This document shows, piece by piece, positions 47,597 through 60,430 of a DNA stretch of 64,000 bases (its first letter is position 1; each line of letters opens with the position of its first letter). Origin of the DNA: Sphagnum compactum (lineage: Eukaryota); assembly GCA_965153455.1 (NCBI GenBank), contig OZ234493.1, positions 1,612,001 through 1,676,000 on the forward strand, read 5' to 3'. The translations under genes and the position numbers were made by a program. Below the pieces are notes generated by a model. That model worked only from the letters and a program-made list of their open reading frames with translations. It did not search any database and was not told where the DNA came from.

Positions 47597-48479
47597 AGGT
47601 CACTTTAGACAAGCATCCAAGGAGTAGGGTCCAATGAAATTGAACATTCCTACTAGTCAAAAGCTTTAAATTGGTACCAATGGTTTTAGACAAAAGTCCA
47701 GGACCAAGACAAATCAAATTGTGATTTAACTTACATGGCATCATTTTGGAGGGAAAACCAATTGGTCTAGACCCAAAAAAAAAGGTTTAAAGAGAGCTCA
47801 TGGTTTGGAGAACCAAAATGTAAGCTAGGGTCCAAGGCTATTCATTTCTTTGTTTATGGTTATTTTTCATTGTTTTCTTTTACCCTTGTTCCTCAAATTT
47901 TAGAGAAATGAAAGAGATGCTATGGATTGAAAACATTGTTGAGAGCACACAAGCTCCCCCATTTTTGACCAATTTTAAAATTGGCATGACTACTTTTGTG
48001 GATCCTCACAAGGTGGTTGTTAGGAATGTATTCTCAACTTTTCCAAATGCACGAAATGGAGTTGAATTAGAAGGTGGGGTAGAAAATGAAAGTGAATTTG
48101 GATTTACAAAAGATCCTTAAAGAAATCACTAAGGAAAAAGGTGTTTATGATGAAATACTTAAATGAAGAAGGTTAAAAAGCTAGAAAAAAATATCCATTG
48201 TGTAGTAGGAATAAGAAAAGAATATAAATAGAAAATAAAAAGAACCATGAAAAAGGAAAAAAAAGGAAAGAAAAGACCAAAGGTAACATAATCCTCTCAC
48301 ATATAAATCACACATTTTTTATATTGGATCTTCAAGTGGATCCTAAACTTTTAGACACACTCATTGTACCATAGGAGAAAATGGTTTTTTAATGTGAAGA
48401 AGGGTCCAATTCAAGGTTCAATTTGCTTCAAATTGGTCCCTTGGGATTTTGGTCTTTGGACCCTTGTCTAAAGTGGCCT
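47597..48479. mobile_element. PIF/Harbinger (Tourist-like) MITE, 883 bp
   Basis: TIRs aggtcactttagacaag and cttgtctaaagtggcct; TAA TSD at 47594-47596 and 48480-48482; inverted homolog at 16064-17691. Confidence 0.9.
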
Positions 48480-51400
48480 TAAGTGTGTAATTAGTTTTTT
48501 CAAATAATGCACACACTTTGAGATAAAGAAATATTATTTATTATGTAAAACTAATCAAATAAAATAACTTGTTTAAAATGTAGGGTCAAGTTTATACTTT
48601 TTCCAATGAAAGTGAACCTAAAAAACTTGAACCTTTTAATAATTTAAATGGGGTAACACCTTTGGTTCATGTTCTAATTCAATTTAGAAAATAGGTAAAT
48701 TCTCTGGTTAGGTTCCAATGGTAGTTCCAAGGAAACTTGGAACTTTTGATCTAGAAACACTAGAACCTAACTTTATAACTTGATTTGAACCTATTGAAAT
48801 TCAAAAATCTACCAACATTGGTACAAACCAATGTTGTTTGATTCTTGATTTTGAAAACAAACTTTGATTCCAATTTTTGATATTTTTAATAGAACCTTCA
48901 ATGTCAGTTTGAGGATGGTATTTTAGATTTACAAAACTGTTAGTTTAAAAAATTTCCCAAGAATTTGGAATTGAGTTCAAAAGAATTGATTCAATTCCAT
49001 TTACATTGTACCAAACAAAAATAATAACCTACATACATATGAACCCACTCAAGAGGAGTGATATATTAATCTAAGAAAACAATGGGGAGGTATGCAATAA
49101 TTTTTTTTTTAATTGACAATCAATGAAATAAGGCATCAAACCCATTTGGAAGGAAGGTAGCTTATTTTTTTGACAAAGAGAGAGGAATGTTTTTTAAAGA
49201 AGCTTTGGTGCTTTTTACCTTCAAAGAACTTCAACTTATTTTACAAGCACAATAGCCCCAGTTCAAGTTTCAATTTCAATTTTCGAAAAAGACAGCTCCA
49301 AGGTCTAGATTCAAATTCAATTTGTTCAAAATTTTAAACCTTTGGTCCAAATATCTAAACACTTAACCTTGAACTTGCAAATAAGTTGAACTTGCCAACA
49401 TTGATCCAAACAACTAAAGCCATTATCAACTTATAATAATTGAAGGTTGTACTACATCCAACCTTTAGGTGAATTAACATTCAAGTTGGTACATGATAAA
49501 AATCTCAAAATCCATTTAAAATATTTTTAAAAACTACAAATATCACTTAGTAAAGCTAAATTTGGTCTTTGGGTTTAAATCTAACATTTTTTGGGATTAA
49601 TAATAGGATGTATAACCACTAAGAGGCTTCATGGGTTGGTTCACCTTAGTTGACATGCCATTAAGAAGTGTTTTAAATAGGAGTGGGTTTCATATTGGGA
49701 CCACCTAAATGAGGCATTAAGGTGATATGGGTGTTAGGCCAAAAATGGTTTTGCGAGGTTCAACTTCTTTAGGAGTTGGGTGACATATGAACTTAAGGGT
49801 CTTAATGAGCTAAGGTGGGAGTTCGAGCTTTTGTTGATCAAGAGGACAAGTGAGAGTTATCTTTGGGATTATAATGCAACGCATTATCCTTTTAAAACCC
49901 TCAACAAACGATTAAGTGTTGTTTTGGGTTGACCAAAGGGGATTGGCCCATTGAAACACCTTAAACGATTGCGAGTTGTCCCCTTTAAGTTTCAAGGCCA
50001 CCAAAGGAGGGTTGACCCTCGCACAACTTGGTGTTCTCGCAGTTGAAGTCCTTGTTGGACCAACTTTGGGAATTGATTTTATAAGGCCCCTAAACAACTT
50101 GGGGTTGACCCGGTTCTAAAGCCATTTGGGCAAGTTCTGGGAGTTGGTCTCATGGTTGGCTCCAAGTTAAACTAGGATTTAGTTTCGATAGCAAAGTCTA
50201 GCAAGTTTAAGTAGAGAGTTTAAGTTCATCCTAAGCAGTTGGGACTTTGGGATTGACCAAGTGTGTCATGGGATGCGCAAATAACTAAGAGTTAAATGAA
50301 GCGATGTGAGAGAAACTTGACATGGTGCGTGAAACGCAAGGTGACAAGCGATAAAGGGCATGTCACTGGCCGTCCTCCATCCAAACTTCATGTTTCTTTT
50401 ACAAGCGAATTTTTGCCAAATTTCGACTTGGAAAATATGATTTCAACTCGTATACAAAAGGATTTGTCATGGAAAAAGTGACCCAAATTTGCCAGATTTC
50501 GAAGAAAGAAAATTTTCAAACCAAGAGAGTTTTATAATAAGTTCCAGTAGGTACCCAAAAATATAGAAGGAATCTGGGCTTTTTCTGCTTTCATATTTAG
50601 TATGAAGCCAAATCTGGCTAAAGCCTCTTATGGATGATTGCCACTTGAGCTACATCACAAAATTGAGGGAAAAAAAAACCCTTGCGCGCCAGCGCTTCAT
50701 GATATATTTGAGCAAAGGGCGCTCCGACAGAAGATCATGCATCAAATCTAATTGGCTACGCTACTGGGCTCCGAGATTCGCGCAAAACAAATAATAGATT
50801 GCACCAAATTTGATCAAATAAAATACATTGCAAACTTTCGTCCTTTTTTGGCAGAGATTCGCACACTATTTTTGTATACCCACTAAGCTAGTATGGGACC
50901 TTGCTCCGTTTGTTTGTTTTTTTCTCTTCAGCTACCACTAACTTGACTCCTACAAGATTCAGCAACAACCAGCTGGAGTGAGTCTACAAGGGAAATGTAA
51001 TATCTCCTTCACCAGTCGATGTGATCATTGGGTGGAGTTCAAATGCTGCTTTCTTGCAGGAGTTGCAGCTGCTTTCAATCCAAGCTACTTACTGACTGAC
51101 TGTCGATCAACGCAGGCCGACGACCTCTCGCGGCAGCTGGGGGGCACGAATTTGAGTATGAAGACCCGTCCGTGTAGTTCTTGATATTCTCATGATAAAT
51201 ACGCGGTGGTTTGTTTTGTAATCAAACGCGACTAAGGAATCCAACATACGGCAGCACGGTGGCTCACACGTACAACAGGTAAAGCATCAAAACCAGTGTC
51301 AGATTCTCTACTACTTGCTCTAATCACTTGCTTCTTTCCCCCCCCCCCCCTCGCCATTTTGTGTTCCTTTTCAGTAGCAGCAGCTTTGATTTCATGTGAG

Positions 51401-52543
51401 CTCTTGGACATATTATGTATGCAGCTCAAACAACCAGAAAGCAGCTTAAATACACATATTTGGGTGACCGATTTCAAGCTTAGATGACAGCTGCAGATAA
51501 TCAATAGTGTTTATTCTGGCTAGAATAATGATTTCCAATTTGAACTTTGAAATTCTGGAGAAATAATTTTCCATTGTAATTATTTACCTATGCAGCATCA
51601 GATTTCTTGGAACCACCACATGTGTGTGTCTTGCAAGTGTGATGTATATGTGGCCTTGATTATGAACACTACATGTATGAATGTTCTAAGGAATGTCGAC
51701 CATGAGAGGCAGGTATACGGATTTCTGGGTAGAGTTCAATGTTGTTCTTGGAACACCAATCACATGACTAACAAGTGGGATGATGAGATATTAGACTCTG
51801 GTTTGGAAGGAAAAACCCGGGAGTGTTTATTGATTGAAAAAACGCATTTGAACATTACATCATATCATTCTTTCATATTGAATTGACAATCGGAGTGCTA
51901 GTCAGAATCATGAATATGGGTCATGAATCCCATTCCTTTTGGAAATAAATGAAAAACCTTAGGAATATAGATTCTGTATAATCATTTGCTTGAAATTTAA
52001 GGTAGATGATTATATATTGATCAGCACCATCATTGGGAGTTGAAATTAATGGTCGTTGATCTGCTAACTCACTAATGTTATTCATGGTGAAAGTGATGGT
52101 CTAACATTCATTAGTGTGTTTGTTTTGCTAGAATTGGCAAAAAAGTGGTGTTGTAGAGTGTCTTCTTCACTTTCACATCTTGATTATTCAAGTAACCCTA
52201 ATTTCATAAAATTTGAATTTGTGTAGTTGCAAAAGTCAAAACACATGGTCTTGTGCGTGTATGTGTGGGTATCTCTCACACTAGTGTTCACTCATCACTA
52301 TAATTGCTCCTATTTAGGAACTAAGTTTCTTTTGTTTAAGGGTTGCAAAGTGCTTTAACTTAGTAAAATTTATTTCATGTTCATAGATATGCAATTGATT
52401 TCACTGCATCCTTCTTCAATTCTGCAATTTTACTACACATACATTTCATTAGTACAATGCACAAAACGTTATGAATGTTCTTAGCTTTGAGAGAAATAAT
52501 TTGTGACAAAATTGTGTGTGCAGGAATTTTGTGAAAAATCAAC

Positions 52544-54742
52544 ATGGTGGTAACATCACACCAATCTGGAGTTCATGTGGTGGCCTTTCCCTTTGCTTTG
52601 AAAGGTCACATGGGTCCATTTATGCAATTCTCAAAAAGCTTGGCTAATTATGGCATTGATGTCACCTTCATCACAACAAGTCCTCATTTGGCGAGCACAC
52701 AAAATTTCTTCAAAGCCCACCATAATGTTCACATTGCTTGTTTTGATATGCCTACAGAGTATGGTGAAGTGACTGCTGATAATTTTCGTATTATCGCACA
52801 TAACATAAACAACTTGAGAGATGCATTTTTTGAGTTGATGAAGGCACTTTTTGCTCGAGATGAAACGCCTATTACTAGTTTGCCTTGTGTTTCTCATTTT
52901 GGTCCTCCTTTATGCATCATCTCCGACATGTTCTTGAGTTGGACTCAGGTATATTTAAAATCATTGATGTCTTCTTTTCCTTTCTAAACTTTCCTTGCAT
53001 AGAATCAAGACCTAAAAATAGCATGGCTTAGTTTTATGGTAAGGATCAAGTAGGGATTTCCTTGTCTTACTTGAATTGAAACCCATTTAATAAATGCTAC
53101 AAACTTGGATGTATGAATGATTAACTTCATTTGATGGTGGTCATTTTGACTCTTCAATAATAAGTGATTCAAAACAACTCATCTAAGTTGATCCCACTAT
53201 TGGATTAGTTACTTTGAAAATGCCTCCTTGCAAAAATCGACAAACCATGTAAGTGGTGAAAACATTTATCTATATTCAATAGTAGGTCCATCTTGTCGTC
53301 AATTCATTTTTGAAAATGACAGTCATTCTTTCTATAAATGATCAATTTCAATTAAGGTGGAGTTCCCCAACATGAACTAATTGTGGTATGTGAACTTGTT
53401 GGAGTGTAGGATATTGCTGACGAATTCGAGATTCCAAGATATTGCCTTTGTGTTGCGTCCGCATGTTATCTTTCATTTTTGTACAACTTCCCATACTTTT
53501 GTGCCCAAGGCCTCATCCCTAGTCCATCTGATGGAGAGCCCTTAATAATTCCAGGTTTTCCTCCAATCTCACCTTGTGATGTACCTCTTCCACGAGGACC
53601 TCACCGAACAAGAGGAATGGAATTCCTTCAATATCATGGGGGACACTTACGAAGAACTACAAGATTGCTTGTGAACAGCACCTATGAGCTAGAATCTGGA
53701 GTCATTGACGGCTTGCAAAACATATTACGCAATGATTTTGAAGGAAATCAGGTGAATTTTTAAACTTGATAGTCATATCATTTTTTACAACCTTATCCTT
53801 TGTTCAATTTTATGTGTATGCCCTAAAATTCACTCATTCATTCATGTAAAATATTTTCATTTTTAGAAAATATTAGATATTTTCCTTTGGGAATTGGTTT
53901 TTTTTCAATAGTGGATTAATTCACACCTTGAAATGCAATTCCCATTTGTTATTGTGGGTTTTTTGTAGGTGCCAAAAATATTAGCAATTGGACCTTTACT
54001 TGAAAACTTTGCCCAAGGTGAACAACATCCAAAAGAGATGTTACAAGTTGAACACCAAAATCACGAATGTTTGCAGTGGTTAGGCAAACAACCAATATCA
54101 TCCGTCTTGTACATTTGTTTCGGAACAATATCCATGCTCCCAACACAACAAATGTATGAACTTGCTCTTGGGTTGGAAGCTAGTGGAGTGCGTTTCCTTT
54201 GGGTGGTTAGGGGGGCCCAAGTAGGTCCAAATGGGCTTTCAAATGACAAAAGCCTTGGGACACTCCTTCCTCAAGGTTTTTTGGAAAGGACCAAAGGTAT
54301 AGGTTTGATATATTCATCTCAGGCACCACAGTTACATTGCTTAGCCCATCCGGCAATTGGAGGATTCATGACACAATGTGGATGGAACTCTGCAATCGAA
54401 AGCATCGCCATGGGAGTTCCAATGATTACATGGCCACTTGAATGGGCAGAACAAGAAATGAATGCTCAGTTTTGTGTTGATGTATTAGATGTTGCAGTGC
54501 CAATTCGTAACAAGGGCATTGGGTCCAAAAAGATTGTTGGAAAGGAAGAGGTCGAATGGGTTATTCGACTTTTGATGGAGGATGGACAAGTGCAAAGGAC
54601 AAAAGTTAAAGAGTTGAGTAAGATTTTGGGAATGGCATGTGCACCTGGAGGATCTTCAAGAAAGGACTTGAATATTTTTGTGGAAGAGCTACATTCCATG
54701 GCTTCAATCAAGTTCACGGATAGGGCTTCTTCTCCCATTTAA
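52544..54742 (+). CDS. UDP-glycosyltransferase (GT1/UGT family), about 506 aa
   Basis: Exons 52544-52948, 53410-53751 and 53969-54742 (phase 0, GT-AG). HVVAFPFALKGHMGP (catalytic His), CIISDMF (Asp), LVNSTYELE, VLYICFGT, PSPG box QAPQLHCLAHPAIGGFMTQCGWNSAIESIAMGVPMITWPLEWAEQ, terminal GGSS. Confidence 0.93.
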
Positions 54743-55749
54743 GTTTTGTGTAATCATTTTGGGAGTCCAGATCATATTTATATTGGTTTTTCTGTTGGCA
54801 ATTTGTAGTTGGGTTTTGGAATTTGCTCACATTTTATACAACATTGATTGCGTATATACAAACTTGGACAATTGTTGTAAGTTTAATGTGTATGATTGCC
54901 AAACATAGTTTAGATTATTTTCGGGAACTATATTATTTTAGTATTGATTGGATTCACAACGTAAAATATTTAATGTATTGAATGACCTTTTGATTGGAAT
55001 TTATATTTTGTGCAATAACTTCTTAATTTGGATCCATGCTAAGCAAGGTTTTTCTTTTTCAATTTCATGAGGTAGGTGGATTGGTGATCCCCTAGAAGAG
55101 GGCTTAGCCAAATATGGCTATAGGATGGAGGAAAAAGTAGAGTTTTTGTAACACCCTGTTATGTATTGGTGATATGCAAGAACCTATAGTCAGAATATGG
55201 CAATTTCAACCTTTTCTTTCCCTCAAAATGTGGAGAATTTGGGGGTTTTTCCCCCCAAAAAAATGATGATAGAGGTTACAACTCCTTCTTTTCCAAGGTT
55301 GCTAAGTGGCAAAATTTCATCACCAATTTAATAACAAGAATAAATAAGCTGGTCATTAATGGTTAAATGCAAGATCCAATTAGTGTGATTGTTGTGATTT
55401 GCTCAAGTTAGGGCTTGCTTACATTACATTTCATAAAGATAGGACATCTCTTTTGGGAATTGCTAAATGGACGAATTGAACTAATGGTGTTGGTAATGTG
55501 TTTTTCTTGTTCGACTTGTCCATGGGCAAACTTGGATCTTCAAGTTGTTAATGCTTCTCGCACAATTCCAAATTGATCTCATCACATTTCCTTCACTATA
55601 CCACAAGTTAAAGATCATCAAAGACGATGGTAACATTTGGGAACACTTTGACTCAAGAGTACATAAGTATGTGGAAGAGTTCTATATCGTACACTAGCTG
55701 ACTTGATGGCATTAGAAGACTAACACTAGATGTTGCAATTGCATATTGC

Positions 55750-55899
55750 GTCTCATTTTCCAATTCAGATTTTGGGATTTCCAATGGTGCATTCAACACT
55801 TCATTGCACCTTGAATTGGGATTGTCTCATTTTCCAATTCAGATTTTGGGATTTCCAATGGTGCATTCAACACTTCATTGCACCTTGAATTGCGATTGT
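55750..55899. repeat. Near-perfect 74-bp tandem duplication
   Basis: gtctcattttccaattcagattttgggatttccaatggtgcattcaacacttcattgcaccttgaattg at 55750 and 55824. Confidence 0.95.
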
Positions 55900-56547
55900 A
55901 CTGTTATAGAATCCACGTTTGTGGATGTTTCGTCAAGTTATCAACTATTGTTTGCTAAATGATGATTGCAACGTTAGGATGAATGTAGTGGCAACATGTA
56001 GATGGGTTATGGCATCTACGGCCCTCTTTGGAGGTCACAACTCCAACTCAGTTCAGCTAAAGTAAACATGTTTTGTCACATGTGAATGAGAACATACTAC
56101 ATTACTGATCGATCACCCATGGTTGCCCATGGATTTGGGATTGAGTTAGAGTTGTGTGTTGAATTGCGCTTGCCGTGAGCAAATGGGGGCACAATTAATT
56201 CTAGGGTACAATTTGCAATAGCTTAGAATGGAAGCATGGTGAATATTTACTGCAACAAGAAGCCTTGGTATCTCCAAGGTTGGTAGGAGAAGATGTTTGA
56301 TCTACAAGTTTCCTGCTGCCATGATCTAGTCTATTGCTTGGGAGTTTTTTTTCACATGAATGAGGTAGTGAAAAGAATATGCATGAAATTAGTGTCATTG
56401 TTGAAAATGGGATCCAAATAATTGGCTAAGCCCAAAGACTCAAGTAATAAGTTCTAGGTTATGGCTCGATTATTCTTGGTCACAACTTCCATCCATCCCA
56501 TCCATGTGTAGCTTGCAAGTCGCACAACTCAACTTCCCACTCCCCAT

Positions 56548-59500
56548 TTAGTGACCTTGAAATGCATGATGAATGCCAAGACCTTCAGAATAGCTTGTTG
56601 CAGTGTGGCTCAAATTTTGGCTGCTCAGAGAGTGCTCAATTGGTACAGGATGTTGGACCTGAGCGACTGGTGGGTTTTCTATATCATGTGGCAATAGTCT
56701 CAATTGTGGGTGGTCTTCTGTAGGTGCTGAGAATGCCACATTTGTTTGTACTTGTGCCACCTCTTGCCGTAACTCCTCTTCATGAACTAATGTTGCATCA
56801 GTCTGCTCAATTGGAGTAGGAGCTGCCCTTCTCTTCCAATTGGCATACTCTATTATGAGAGCACTGGAGGTCATAGCAATCCCAAATCCAGCAAATGAAG
56901 CTAGTAATATTGCCAGCACTGCCTCAACATGAACCTGCACCCAGATGACAAGAGAGTACCTTAACGAACCAGCGGTTTTCATGAAAGAACCAGTAGAGAA
57001 CTGGTGGTTTTTATGGGCAGTTATTTAATCTTTTCATGTTTTTGAGAAGCATGGTTATGTATCAGAACAGGCTCTTTGATTTTTCTGAGACCTGTGGTTA
57101 TGAATCCTAAATACGGGCCTGAGACCCTTGGAGGGTCTGCTCCTGTTTCTAATAACCATCCAAAACACAAGTCAAGTCATTCTTGAAGTCTAAGAAGGCC
57201 TTGGGGCAAAAGTGTTAAACAGAAACAGAAGCTGAGGGGAAATGAAGAGCTTCTTACCAGGTCGTAAAACAAGTGAGCAAAGGATATGATAAGTCCAAAT
57301 TGACAAGTAGCATACAACCAGATCAACTGTTTCACAACTGCAAACATAATGTCCAAAACTGCCCCATCAGCTATCATTACAGACGAGGAAATTTACAGAT
57401 GTTCAAAATTTTCAAAACAGAGGAACATCAACAGACAAAAAAAATACTCCTCTATGGCATGGGGGTTATTGAGCTTACCGAGGTTTGATGCTACAATTGC
57501 AGCAAGGAAGCCCAAAATGCAGGCAAATGGAAGAGCAATTACAATTGCCCCTGAGCCCAATCTTCCCACCTGCCACGAACCAGATCAAGCATCATTAATC
57601 TGTGAAGTACACATGAAATCCTAAAACCCTAAACCCTAATCCACCTAGGTAGTAACTATCTTCTTTCAGGTAAATGAACCAAAACACATGATCACCATTC
57701 GGCTCATGACAATGGGTGTTGGGTTTTGTTAAAAGAGAATAATACCAACAACTGCTCCAGGAAGCAAAAGTAAGCCAGCATACTGATCATCACCAACACA
57801 GGGACATCCTGCCACAATCTCCTACTGAAAAAAGAAGCAGATATAAAACCCATACACAAGAACTGTTAGCCGCTCCACAACACAAACAGCCAGCAAAGGG
57901 AGTTACCTATTTTATTTCATCCATATTGAGATTACCCTTTTTTTCTCAAAATCTATTCAAATCCATTCAGATTCAATCAAATGGACATCCATGGAATATC
58001 ATCCACAACTGTGAACGGATGACAATGGGTGACTCTTCATTCACAATTTTCTCAAGGACTAAAGTTTTGTGGATGAATGAAAAATCAATCAATCAATAAT
58101 GCAAAAGAGGGAAAGTCTTTATGTATCTCGCTTCCAAGAAAAATAACCCATTAAAATTCACTTGGTACCTATCCCAGAACCAAACTTAATTAGCTTTCCT
58201 CACCACGTTCCCAAATACACTGGCCTGTTCCATTGTGAAATAACTGTAACCAGGGTGAAATCACAAAGGTTGCAGCAAAAGCTGCTTGTGTCATTCCTCA
58301 GATGATCTAAAGGGGGTGGAATGTAGTACCCGAGATCCTGACTCACAGGCTGCTGTCCTGTGACCCGACTTGAGCCAGCTGACTCATTGGGTAATCGAAC
58401 TACGGTTACTGGAAGGTTGCTCACTTCTCGGCCACAAACATCACAAGTCCTGTTGCCTTTGATGCTGAACCACTTCAATGCACACTCCCTATGTGCCAAA
58501 GCCATTTCACCTCGGCAACTGCACTCCATTTTCAACGTCTCACCGTACTCTTCGGTGAGATCATCCATGCATATCCTGCATACTGCTTGCTCCTCTGAAA
58601 TTTCCTGATCTGCCTTTATATCATCTACAGAAAGTTCCCCAATTTTACACTACTCAGTTCGCACCACGAAAGCAGTGTTGCTTTGCTCTTTGGGTGATGT
58701 TAGATGCTCACAAACCTTCAAAGCAGAAACTTAGCACCAGACAATTTCTAAATGGAAAATTTTCTTAGAATTTATTATTGCAGCTGAGAAAGTTACTCAA
58801 GGTTATCGCAAGAGCAGACCTTTCTCTGTAACAGTTTGTGTTGTGAGACAATCTTCCTTCTTTGTTGTAGTGCTGCTGCCATCGGTGGCAGGTCTGACTA
58901 GCACTGTTGTACCTCCTGTTCCTGAGCTTCCCCTTCTTAAAGGCATGGAAATTGAGCGTAAGATACTTGTGCTTTTCCCTCCACTCTGCAACACCCAAAA
59001 AGACCAAAAAGAAGGTCATGACAAAAGGATCAATGATTTTGAAGAAGCTGTAGTAAACATAATGTCACGCTACTCATAATGTATAGTGACCAAAATGTGT
59101 CTGTTGAACAACGATTTTTTAAAAATTATTGTTGAATCTGCCACATCCCCAGACCTTTAATGTCATGGAATGGCTGCAGTGCCCTTGCCCATTATGTTGG
59201 GTGGCGTTGCCTGGCTTGCCGACCTAACAGGCTCACTTGGTGCCTTACCCAGCATAATGGGCAGGGGCTTGACCATTTCCATAGTACTATATAAGATTCT
59301 TACATTGGGCACTGTAAGGTGGCTTGCGGGAGGAGTACATGTGCATAGTTAGCATGCTGACAAACCAGAATAAGCTAGCTCACTGCAGACATTTTTTTTT
59401 CCTGGCTTTGAATTAGATTGAGAGATACCTACCTGAGATGTAATGCTGCTTGGTGCTGGCCATTGGAAGCTTGCTGCAGCAGGGCTGCAGCTGATGGATG

Positions 59501-60430
59501 AGCCGGAGATCTCGAGATGATGTGTGACAGGCAGTGATGTTGTTCTCTTAGAAAAGAGTGGTGACTGCATAGAGCTCTGTGTCGTTGGCGTCATCAAAGA
59601 AGTAGTAGAAGAAGAAGAAGATGGCATGATGAATCCACATGTCCGCTGTATTGTAAGTAGTGAGCTGCCATTTCTGTCTAGTGTGGCCCGTGATCGTAAG
59701 CCTGGCCTTGGTAGAACTAGCCCAGTTCGTGTTGAGAGTTTGCCAGATTTCGACTTGACAAGCTGCTGCTGGGGTGTAATGCTCCCTGCATGCATGCTAT
59801 TGCTGCTGCTGAGTTGATCTGTTCCATCATGAAAGGAGCTGATTTCCAGTGCAGTAGATAGAGCTGCTGCTGGTTCTTTTTTGAGGCTGGGTTCAGTTGG
59901 AGCTGGTAGCATCTGATCCCCCACAGGAGCTGGAATATTCACAACTGTCACCTAACAGAAAAGGGCAGAGGAAGACAATTAGCTAGCCTGGCCATTCATC
60001 ACCAATCCATAGACTAGTGCACATGCTTGCAGAATGCCCTAGAACAGAAGCAGAATCTAGTCTTCATTGTGCTGGCATCTGCGGAGCTGTGCAATAGACA
60101 GTCCTCATTCTCATGAGCTTTGCTCTCATTGCCCAACAGCAAAACCGCAGTGGCTGCTGCTGCTGCCGCTAACGACCTTCTTCCTCAGCTAATTCCATGG
60201 ACCAGCTGAAGACCCCAGTTAAAAAGAACACGTGGGATTTTGAATCCTCAAACCAAAAGGCTAGTGTTGTCTAATATCCTCAATTCTTTATCAACAACAT
60301 GGGTGCTGCCAAAAACGAGTGCCAAGGAAAAAAGGGAATCCCCCAAAGATTGATTCTTTCTTACACACTCGACCGAGGAGCTTGCAGAATTGAAAGAAGT
60401 TGCAGCTGGAGCTTCTTGCTGATGATCCAT
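56548..60430 (-). CDS. RING-CH (RINGv/MARCH-type) multi-pass membrane E3 ubiquitin ligase, about 560 aa
   Basis: Exons 60365-60430 (tentative first), 59433-59951, 58820-58985, 58330-58624 (CRIC...CSC..MALAHRECALKWFSIKGNRTCDVC, C4HC3), 57746-57821/57824 (WQDVPVLVMISMLAYFCFLEQLL), 57479-57569, 57258-57337 and 56548-56934. Phases are consistent and the C-terminus has hydrophobic helices. Confidence 0.9.
56965..57170. repeat. Short dispersed repeat in the last intron of the RING gene (related copy at about 43990-44155)
   Basis: Shared ttttcatgaaa..acc ... atgaatcctaa ... tttctaata.c...c.aacac motifs. Confidence 0.55.
59164..59283 (+). other. Long imperfect hairpin (miRNA-precursor-like or small MITE) inside a RING-gene intron
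   Basis: gcccttgcccattatgttgggt (59181-59202) pairs with acccagcataatgggcaggggc (59247-59268). The stem extends outward via atggaatgg and ccatttccat. Confidence 0.7.

Noticed and set aside
49580..50300. Slightly GC-richer stretch with a 61-aa ORF
   Set aside because: No recognisable domain or termini; probably a decayed repeat.
59205..59222. TGCCTGGCT resemblance to the miR160 5' end
   Set aside because: The match is only about 9 nt and lies outside the main stem.
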